Shown here in pieces: positions 53,901-64,000 of a DNA stretch of 64,000 bases. Source of the DNA: Balanoglossus misakiensis (taxonomy: Eukaryota; Animalia; Hemichordata); NCBI GenBank assembly GCA_040954595.2, contig CM082594.2, positions 84,208 through 148,207 of the forward strand, read 5' to 3'. A program made the translations under genes and the position numbers. The notes beneath the pieces are model-generated. The model was not told where the DNA came from. It made no database searches and worked only from the letters and a program-made list of their open reading frames with translations. The number at the start of each line of letters is the position of its first letter. Positions within the stretch are counted from its first letter, which is position 1.

Positions 53901-54217
53901 CAAACCGACAAATTAGCATATTAGCATAATCAGAATAAATAAAAAAAATGCACAGGTAGTTTAAAAGAACAAAAACTTTCGAAACGGAATAGAGCTAAGC
54001 TGCTATTCCTTTCTATTTTTGTGTTTGTACAACATCAGTGAAGTTTAAATCATAATAAAAAAATGATAATTATCATTATTAACTGCTACAGATTCAAACT
54101 TACTTGTCTCACAACTGGTTCCCTAGTAACACTCTGTGCACATGCAAATTGTGGCAGTACAAGAATTTACCTGTTGTTGGCAGGTACCTCCATTGAGACA
54201 AGGACTTCATAAGTTGT
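47930..54217 (-). pseudogene. EGF exon cluster of copy 4 (all 11 exons a-k)
   Basis: The only copy retaining all EGF exons undeleted. Confidence 0.85.
52176..53062. mobile_element. P-like MITE, copy 4
   Basis: Same TIRs and TSD. Confidence 0.88.
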
Positions 54218-54256
54218 CTGAAAACACCAGTTTGCCCAATTTTCAATAATGTATAG

Positions 54257-54922
54257 GAATACATGAGAAGTCGGCCAGATTAGAAGTCGGCCAGTTCGCG
54301 CGCATGAGAAGTCGGCCAGTATGAGAAGTCGGCCAGTTGTTGAACTTGTACCCGAATAGTGCAGTAATGACCTAGATTACTTATAACAACACTTAATAAA
54401 ATATAATTGCACTAAATATTTTCATTTGGACGGATTTCCCAAATTCTTGACAACACAATGGGGTCATTTCAAATAATGGCGTCTGGCATCCGTACCAGTT
54501 CCCCAGCCCCGTATCCGCGTAAGGAGCTTAGGTTGTTCGCCAAATTCCTGTGACATTTCTGATTAAAGGGAGTTGTTTCAAAGCCTACTAAAATACATAG
54601 AAGATGTATGTGTATATTCATACTTTCTGAGACAACACCAAACAAACAAACAAACAAACGTGACAAGGAACAGACTACTGGCGCAGCTCAAGAAGTGCAG
54701 GTGACTGATGTTGACGTACCCCGGTGACGTACATGAAAAGTGAACAGACAGTTTTAAAATTCATCGGCTATTTGTACAAATATCTCAGCTCCTGTACATC
54801 AAGGAAACATTTCGTAGTGAAACAGTTATATATAACACAAAGTACCAGGGTTCTCTCCCACAGGCCGACTTCTCGTACTGGCCGAGACCGACTTCTCATA
54901 CTGGTTGACTTCTCAGGACACC
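54257..54922. mobile_element. 8-bp-TSD MITE with subterminal repeats, copy 4
   Basis: Homologous to 21918-22583; TSD ATGTATAG. Confidence 0.8.
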
Positions 54923-55033
54923 ATGTATAGCTAGCTGTTGAACTCAAAAAATATGTAAAACTACAAGTGATGTAAACAACTTGTGGAACCATGTTCAAAT
55001 CGAGACAAGAAGAAAAGGGGTTTCAAGACTTAC

Positions 55034-57675
55034 CTCCTTCAGCACTTTACTGCCCTGTAGCGCACTGTGTGACACTTGTAGTTGTGCATTCATAACCAGA
55101 AGGACGTGGCCGAACCTAGCGAGTATGAACCTATCACAGAAAAAATTCAAAGAACGATTTTTACCACCATGGTTTGGTCCAACGATCCCTTATTAGAGAG
55201 ATGTCCGTAATCACAGGTTTTACTGTACAATACCTCTTCAGTGGAATCATTGTGTTTTTCAAAGTGCATCACAATATCAACTCCAATAAGCATAACAGTT
55301 TAATTTTCTGTGTATGCCATGCTATAACACAGGGAAGTCACAAGAGTGATTTGCAGCCCAACTTACCAGTAACTGTTGAACAATCCACTACGGGTGACAT
55401 GGTTGGACACTTGGATCCCGCTGGACAAGGCGTGCATGTGCCGTCGCCTTCCATAGCATATTCACCATTGCCACAGTCGAGCGGATCTTACATTGGATCT
55501 GAACACGATTGTCCAGCAGGGCACAGAAGACAGGATGTGCGTGCAGGCTCCTCACTTATTTCATCTGATTAAAGAAAATGAGGTTTTTAGTGATGTATTT
55601 GTGATACAGTGTCATTTACAATAACAAATTACTTGAGATGATTCACTTCATAATTCTGAGACAAGTATACAGGCATGTAGAAAATTCTTTGGAGGACATT
55701 AAACGTCATTTCTAATCAACCATGTTCTGAATATCATAAGACTCTGCGAGATCTCACATGGCTAACCGGGTCTCGCAAGATCTCGCACTGAGTTGATAAT
55801 CTGTTGTAAACACATACATACATACACACACACACATACCCCCAGTCGCACTGACTTGAAAATCTGTTGTAAACACATACATGCATACACACATACCCCT
55901 CAGTTTCATCACACAGCAAACTGAACAAGTACCACAATCTTACCATTTGTACATCTGGTACAGTTTGTTGCACCAGCCAATGACACGTAACCCTTGGTAC
56001 ACTTGAATTGCGATGCACTGGGATCTATGCAGGCGTACCCTTGCTCACAAATAGTACAATGTTCAGCACCAGCTGATCTGTAAATCAAACAGAGAATTTA
56101 CACACCAAGTTAACCTTTGAATACCACTGTAAAAATTTGGTGCAAATTTTAATTATTTTCATAAATAGAGGTCTATTCAAATTTGGAAAAATTGTCATTT
56201 TTTCATTCATATATTATATCAGTAAATTTTAAATACAGAAATAGAAAATGATCCCATCCTATTTTTCAGTTAGTAAATTACCTGACCTAATGTTTGATGT
56301 TGGAAATAAAGGTGGGTGGGTAGAAGTTTACCTGTTATGCAAGAGGTACAGCGAGACATCCTTTGTCCAAGGCCGAACTGTAATAACCAGCCGAGCATAA
56401 AATCACAGTGTTACCATTTGGACATTGGTTACCAGCTGGGCAATCAGCACATGATGTTTGTGCTGAAAATAAACAGAGATTTATAGAATCTTATAGTCAC
56501 AGTCATACCTTCAAAGACGTGGGATTCTCACGCGGGTTGGGGAGACAAAAATCCCTGGCAAAAGATTGAGGACAGGAAAATGCCAATCCAGAGATATTGG
56601 TAACAGAAACTGTGTACAGTCAATGCCATACGGCAGTGTGCTGTTCTAACAACAGACAAGATCGTGACGATCATAGTCTGTGTCGGAGATTTGGAAAAGA
56701 GCAAATTTGGTGAAAAGACGGGACAAAACAAAAGTCTACTTATACGATGCACATGAAAACTGGATGAAAGCGAAGCAGTCCACTATTTGAATGCATTGGA
56801 TGTAAAATTGGCAGAATATTTGGACTGGACGTAATGTTTGTACGCACAGAATTACGTACATGCACATAAGATGATCGTCCGCCTTAAAGGCACGTAAGCT
56901 GCAACTGGATAAAAAAATTAAAGTTTTAAATAATCTCATATATGCTTTTAATTATGTCTATTAAATGATATTTCATGATAATATATCAAGCTCAACACTT
57001 ATTTATGACACAATGGCCAAAAATTAAAGAAAAAACGAAAATTCCTGCAATTTAAAAAAAAGTGCAATATTGCAATGAAAAATGGAAATCTGATGTCTCA
57101 GTGGTGTACATTTACTTCCATGAGCTCAAGTGGATGAGATCATGTTTTGTTTATGAAGTTTCACAACCGGAAATGCAACATTTTCATTGTTTCTTGCATT
57201 TTCCCAGGGTGGCGGCCATAATCGCTTGCGGCAAAGCTTTATTATTTATCTGGTTAAAACTTGCATATGCACTCATATTTAGGGTTTATAATGCTTGTGT
57301 ATAGTTCACTGCCTTCATCTGCATGGACTAATGGTAGTGCAGTTTTAAACAAATATTATGAAAATTATCCCAAAAGTTACAGCTTACGTGCCTTTAAGTG
57401 AAAGATTACACAGTAATGCCCAAACTTTAAGTGCTGACTCACCATCTATATTAGTGTAGTATCCATCTTCACACACCTCTGGCTCCGACATACCATCATA
57501 TTGGCACTTATACCCGGGGCAGGACAAGGCGTACAGTCTATACTTCCATTGTTGGCAAAATATCCCAGTCCGCATTGTGTTGGTGATGAGAGGCTGGCTG
57601 TTCCACACATGAAACCCCTGGACACAGCGTGCATGCTTCAGAACATGCTGAACTTTAACTTCCAGCTGCGCAGTC
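55034..57675 (-). pseudogene. GCC2/GCC3-like exon cluster, copy 4
   Basis: Homologous to 5894-8535. Confidence 0.8.
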
Positions 57676-57741
57676 CTGTAGGAGTGAAGACGTCAAATAT
57701 TAAGGAGGTTTAGGAGCCCTCTAGCCAGCAAACTTCATCAA

Positions 57742-58158
57742 GGATGTACGTGCAGAACATAAACCGGAAACACTGCGTGTCCGGTCTTTTTCCCATAGGA
57801 TTACATTGATAATCGCCAGAAAACAAACTTCTACTATTGTTATTTTCTCGAAATTTTACACATAGCTCAGTCCAGCAAATATAAATTCATTGGTCAAATA
57901 AAATATAGGGGTCACCGCGCTCTTTTTTGAGATAAATTGCATTAAGAATTTTGGCCATAGACAAACAAACCATTGGTGAAAAATGCTGAGTCAGCAGATT
58001 TCTTCTATTATCGACCAATTTCATGGCTCTGTATTTCAAAAACAAGCGCGGTGACCCCTATATTTTATTACGGATTTTCATTATACATACAAAAGAGAAT
58101 AAAAAAATCCACAATTAAAAAAAATGACAATACTTTCCATTTTATTGAACGTACATCC
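57742..58158. mobile_element. Kolobok-like MITE, copy 4
   Basis: Homologous to 8602-9018. Confidence 0.7.
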
Positions 58159-58381
58159 TTAATGTTACTTAGGTAGTGGAGCACCAAAACCCAAATTTTC
58201 ATATCGATTGTGTATTTTGTGATAAAAGCACCAAACTTGGCTCAGATGTGTGTTAATGTGTACTGAACAAATTCAGATAGCGAGTCACTAAATATCTGTT
58301 GAAGAGTTTCCATGGCAACCAATTTTTTTTCAAAATGGCCGCAAATACAGATAATCACACCTGTTAAACATCAAAATAAAT

Positions 58382-59244
58382 TCACTACAAGAACCACTGC
58401 AGTCAGCGTACCGAAAGGATCACAGTACCGAAACAGCACTTACTAAAGTCAACAACGATATTTGTATGGCACTGGATGCCGGTAAATGTGTACTCATGGT
58501 TCTCCTCGATCTCTCCTCTGTGTTTGATACCATAGATCACGACACAATCATCTCAAGGTTATCAAAACTGGGCATCACCAACATCGCACTACAATGGTTC
58601 TCATCATATCTTAAGAACAGACAGCAGTTTGTATGGCACAATGTCAGAACCTCAATATCTACAATATGGAGTACCACACGGTTCAGTGCTTGGCCCACTT
58701 TTGTTCTGCAGCTACATCCAACCACTTGCTCAACTTATTTGTCACCACAACATCAATTTTCACCAATATGCCGATGACAACCAACTATACCAATATTTCT
58801 TCCAGTTAGACACCATAAGTACATTAGACAAGATGGAAAGGGCAGTTCACGAAATAAAAACCTGGATGACACATAATAAACTTCAACTAAATGGTGGCAA
58901 ACCCGAGGTACTCCTGATAAGGTCTCAGTTCAACCGCTCGCCTCGTCCCATAAACCACATGAGCATTGGATCATGTTGTGTTCAAATTGTGAATTCTGCA
59001 CGGAATATAGGTGTGACATTCGACGACAATTACACTTTCAATAAGCACATTAATGCAATTTGCAAGTCAATTTTCTTCCATCTGCGTCAAATCAGCCACA
59101 TTCGCCGTTACCTCACTAAGGAAGTTTGCCAGATGCTGGTTCATGCTCTAATCACATCAAAACTGGACTACTGCAATGCAATACTCTGTGGTTTACCATC
59201 ATCATGCATTCAACCGCTACAGCATGCCCTGAATTCTGCAGCCA
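58382..59244 (+). mobile_element. L2/CR1 LINE, copy 4 (RT only; endonuclease deleted)
   Basis: Junction AAAT-TCA-CTACAAGAACC; RT ORF 58629-59429. Confidence 0.92.
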
Positions 59245-59754
59245 CCATGGCCTCCTTCACAAAAACCTCACCAGACCCCATAATGCCTCCATCTCTTACA
59301 CCACACCTTATACCCACCACAAATCCTAGCCATCACCCAACCTATCATAGCCCAAACAATCCAAACCCAATCAAAATTGACCCTAGCCCCACTTATCAAG
59401 CCATCAATGCTCAACGGCAACCCAAATAACACTTAACTTAAAGATTGGCATAAATCCAAACTCATACCACTGCGACCCCAAATATACAACACAAAGACTC
59501 AATCACGAACCAATACCTACCATTTGTAGCAAATACACGACCAAAGATTTGATCCCATCTATCATCCATATATCATCAGAAAGTTGGGACGATGAGCAAT
59601 GGGGCAGAGACTGATCATCAAAAATTTGAGACAGGGAATTCCAACAAATGAGATCATTAAGTTAAATATGCAAAGCAAATCAGAAAAGAGAATCGGAAGA
59701 TTTTCTCCGAAGGACACCTTGCAAATTCATGATTGGAAAGACACTGCAGTCACA

Positions 59755-60947
59755 TGTATATTGTAGTGTCCAAACACTAGTGAGCATCTATACTTTATAC
59801 ATTCTGTAAAATGACGTAATGCAACATTCGGGTCATTATGAATAAAGTGCGTGAATGAGGCTAGGCACTCTCACTCTTACATGCCGGACTTGGTGTCTCA
59901 TGTTGTCATTATTGCCCACCCACGATTCTATATTTGGCGACGAGGACGGAGAACATGGAGAATCAGCTAGCCGTCAATGCCGAGTTTTCCTGTTCATTCA
60001 GTCTCGACAACCACCAGTACGAGATGGAAAAAGTACATGGTTAGAGTAGAAAACGCATTTGTCGCATTCAACATTACAGATGACAACCGACAACGTGCAC
60101 TGCTATTGCACTGGGCAGGTGAGGAAGTTTCCGACTTCTTTGATACTCTACCAGATACAGGAACGAGCTGTGAAACAGCCATATTAAAGCTTACGTCGTA
60201 CTTCTCACCCAAACGGAACATTGAATACGAACGATTCATCTTCAGACACCATACAAAACAACGGCGAATCGATTGATGCCTATCACACTTGTTTGCAACG
60301 CCTAGCAGAAACATATGTGACTTCACCAATAAGGATCAAGAGGTCAAATCACAAATCATACGAGGATTCACATCAGCCCGTCTCAGACGTCGTGCTCTTT
60401 GGGAGGAGACGACACTAGAGAATCTACTGAGTACAGCCCGTTCATTTGAGGTATCAGAGGTTCAGGCTAGTGGGATTGAGGAGAAACCCCATAATAATGG
60501 TGCAGACACGGCATCTGTGAATGCGGTCAGAAAACAGCGCCACCAACGCCCGAAACCAAATAAACAAAAGAGAGCTCATCAGCAGCCAGCGAAAGGACCG
60601 TCCACTTGTTATTATTGTGGTGGCACCTATCCACATGACTCAGTATGTCCAGCTAAAGGCAAGTCATGCAGGAAGTGTGGCAAACCTAACTATTTTGCCA
60701 AATGCTACCGATCAAAAGGCAAGGCAAATAGGGTAGACAAGGATGAAACTGTCAAAGCTGTGCATAAAGTGGAAGACAGCTCGGGAGATGAATACTGCTT
60801 CACTGTACAACAATCAAATGGCAGGAGGCCTCGAGTAACAGTGCAGATAGAACAAACAGCAGTTGCCTCACTGATCGACCCTGGTTCTACAATAAACATG
60901 ATGAGTGTAAACACATACAACAACCTAAAGAACAAACCCATGTGGCA
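59755..60947 (+). mobile_element. Truncated Gypsy element, copy 4
   Basis: ORF translations identical to copy 3. Confidence 0.9.
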
Positions 60948-62453
60948 AACAGAAAGCCCGTTTTACCACTGTCAGCAGTGCATTATTGAGTATTTTAGCA
61001 TCGCTGGATTTAGCTCTCGTCCAATCAGAATTGCGGACGGTAGCATGATATAATATAATTGAGAATAAATCTCGCGACAAGTGTACAGTTTGACAATGTA
61101 CACAGATAATCCGTTTCAACAATGTTTCCTTTGTAGTGTGAATAAAACTGCACACTTTGCAAGTTTTCAACTTCAAAACACTATGGCTATTACAGAGACA
61201 AAGCTGCTAATATACAGTGTATACCTGTCATTTTTGTTTGTGGTGAGATTTTCATTGGCACAGTCGCACAGAGCTCACACAAGAGGAAATTACACTTTCT
61301 GTTGAATTCACTGCTTCCTGCTAACTTTAAGTCATATATCCAGTGAAACATTAAGTTATAGAATTTTCCATCGCAGTATTCTGTTTTATATACATGTATA
61401 GCAGTCCCACACATATTGATTAATTTGACAAAAGAAACTGACTGACAATTTTCACAGCGCTCCCAGTATAGCATCCTTGGCAGGTGCACGTCAATGCCCC
61501 ACACGAGGTTAGGGTTGGCAAGTGCTGCCATTTTGACATGGGTTGTTAGCACTGATCAATTCCTATGCATGACAGAAAAATGAAGAATTAGGCTATGGGC
61601 CGGACCTGCCTATCGTTTCAAAACGCACTCTGTATATTAGGGTCTATTTCTTTTACATAAAAACAAGTCTTCTTGCTCTAATATGATAAAAGAAAAAAAC
61701 TTCAACTTAAATATTGCGTCCTCAGAGGTAATATCGAGCCCTAAAAATCAGGTATGCTAATGCGGTTAAAGGTCGTGCAGTTCTCCTTATAACAAGCGAT
61801 CTTATTGGTGGTTACGTGACTGCACCAATCACAGAATGCGTTATGTCACTCAGCAATTACACACGCAGGGCAAACTATCAGGCAGCTACATGTATACTAG
61901 TATACATGTTACAGAAGATTAAACAGTATTGTTGGTAAGGAAAGTTTGAGCAGACTAGTCCATTCAATGTAAAAAATGGTGCTGATTCCAAAAAAGTCAG
62001 TCTTATTGACCCCTTTCAAGACAAAATTGCCATTTTTGCCACTTTTAACCCAAAAGGTCATTTAAAAAACACTCAAAACACACTGTTTTCATCACATTCG
62101 GAGATCTGATGACATTTGAGGATTATGCGGAAACAGTGACACACCAGAATAAAAATTACAGGTGACATTTGCAAGCAGATATGATCTGACCATATAGAAA
62201 TATGGAATGTAAAAACATTAACAAGGAACATGCCCAATAAACTGTCATGTGTCATGGCAGTCTTACAAGTGGTGCTAGAAAAAAAAAATGACCAAAAATT
62301 GTCTGTACAAACACATATGCGAAGCAACTTCTTTCAGTCAGCCCTGGAACAGACACACACTGACCTGCCACTGGTAATTAAAATTTGATAGCTGGTGGTC
62401 TCTGTAACAGCTGGCCTATTTAAGTTATGTAAACATGTCTTTGTTCGAGGTAA

Positions 62454-63491
62454 CAACTCCTTGTAAATAGTAACTTTAAAAACAACTGGACAATTTGTTT
62501 AGAAGAAGATTTGCTAACCAAAAACTAAGAAACTTACCAAAAAAACTCGCTAAATATTTAATCTTTCTGATCTCAGAACTGAATAAAAGTTGCACATATA
62601 CAGGTATGTGTTATGAAATTATATCCTAAATTTCAAAGCAATCAGAGAAAAAACTAATTTCAAAGCAATCCAACAAGCAGTTTCACAGAAAATATTTGTT
62701 CAAAAGTGGCAAAAACACAAATATGCAAATATCACCAAAATTGTACAATATCTTACTTCAATCACTACAAGGAACATGCTGCCTAAGTTCAATGCAATAG
62801 GACAAGCGGTTTCAGAGAAAACAATTTTTGACAAAAATTGCAAAAGTTTCCCCGATAACACATTTATGCAAATATCTTTTTTTTTTACAACATATTATTT
62901 AGGTTACCCCTACGAACATGCCTACCAAATTGGAAAGCAATCTGGCATGAGGTTTTAAAGAAAAACATTTTTTGACCAAAAATGGCAAATATTGCTCAAA
63001 ATTATAGATATGCAAATTTTGCAACAATTTGAACAAAACTATGGTTACTTAGACAACATTAGGAGGCTTCATACTAAATTTCAAAGACTTTTTACCAATA
63101 ACATGGAAAAATACAAAAAAATGCAAAAAAAATAGGAAATCGATAATATTAGCTCAAAACATACAGGATTGTATGAGGTTGATATAAGGTACATGCATAC
63201 CAATTTTCAAATCAATATGACCAGTGGTTGTCCAGTTTTTGAGTTTTGACCAATTTCACATTTTCCCAGCTAATTTGCATATTTTTGGCAATGACATCTT
63301 CATTTGAACAAACTCCCATCTACAGCCCTGCCTGCATCTACACGCCAAATATCGAGGTCATACGCGCTGCGGTTTTCAAGTTTTCGATGTGGACGGACAT
63401 ACAGACATACATCCATCCATCCATCCATCCATACATACAGACGTAACCAATCCCATAAGGTCCCATGGTACATACCAATGGGACCTAAAAA
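62454..63491 (-). mobile_element. Helentron/HINE-like remnant, copy 4
   Basis: Homologous to 14700-15740. Confidence 0.6.
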
Positions 63492-63503
63492 CTTGTGACT
63501 TAC

Positions 63504-63626
63504 ATGTAACACATGTTTGCCCAGTGTAGCAGGTTGGACAGTTGCAGGTGTAGATTGAGCAGGAGCCTTGAAGTGGCTGATACACTCTGTTATTCAGACA
63601 TGGGTTTAGAAGACACTGGTTGATCG
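63504..63626 (-). pseudogene. EGF-like exon a at the copy 4/5 boundary
   Basis: Homologous to 15753-15875; GGA>AGA substitution. Confidence 0.8.
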
Positions 63627-64000
63627 CTAAGGGTGAGAGAAATGAAAAGTATCACATTAGGGTCTTACACACTTGAGTGGGAAGTGAAATCTGTAGCAGA
63701 CTGTCAGAAGATTGCACATTCGTGTGATCATGTTCATGTGTGAAGGATAATGAAGACCACTTGATCCAAGCTTGGTGCTACCATCTTTATCATAATTACA
63801 GCATCTTATAATATTTACTAGTTGGGGGTGGGGTGGGGTGGGGGTAGGGGTAGTTGATGTCATAACTTTCTGATGTTTCAATTTACGGTTGGAAAAATAG
63901 CAACATCTACTCTGATGAGCATTTGAGTCAATGAAAGTATACATCATGGCTACGGTAGTGCATATAAGTCTCTTGGTTAGCTGCACAATCACAGGCAACT
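63569..64000. repeat. Tandem unit, copy 5 (partial; array continues)
   Basis: Matches positions 1-432 of the unit. Confidence 0.95.

Larger units (their letters stand above)
47995..63568. repeat. Tandem unit, copy 4
   Basis: Collinear with the others. Private ~1.41-kb deletion at ~58383 removes the LINE endonuclease region. Confidence 0.98.

Noticed and set aside
1-64000. CRISPR array or prokaryotic defence system
   Set aside because: No short repeat-spacer arrays or operon-like ORFs. Spliceosomal introns, LINE and Gypsy sequence show animal DNA.
1-64000. Pure assembly artefact (same unit repeated)
   Set aside because: Each copy has private indels and SNPs, giving four distinct versions, more than two haplotypes would explain. 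Read-level confirmation is still needed.

Overview
Eukaryotic (animal, probably marine invertebrate; inferred) genomic DNA made entirely of a head-to-tail tandem array of a ~17-kb unit. There are four near-identical copies starting at 1, 15818, 32641 and 47995 (15.8, 16.8, 15.4 and 15.6 kb) plus the first 432 bp of a fifth copy at 63569. On the minus strand each unit carries a spliced but decayed gene fragment: five Cys-rich GCC2/GCC3 (ephrin-receptor-like, CPxGxxC) exons followed by up to eleven symmetric phase-1 exons. Each of the latter encodes one EGF-like module of an unusual 8-cysteine type. Several exons carry stops, frameshifts or a transposon insertion shared by all copies, so decay largely preceded amplification. 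The rest of the unit is a transposon graveyard: a P-like MITE inside an exon, an 8-bp-TSD MITE with subterminal repeats, a Kolobok-like MITE, a defective L2/CR1 LINE, a truncated Gypsy element with a tRNA-Ser PBS, and a Helentron/HINE-like element. Each copy has private deletions, and SNP sharing between copies is mosaic. No intact protein-coding gene, RNA gene or CRISPR array is supported. Most ORF-track entries are spurious.
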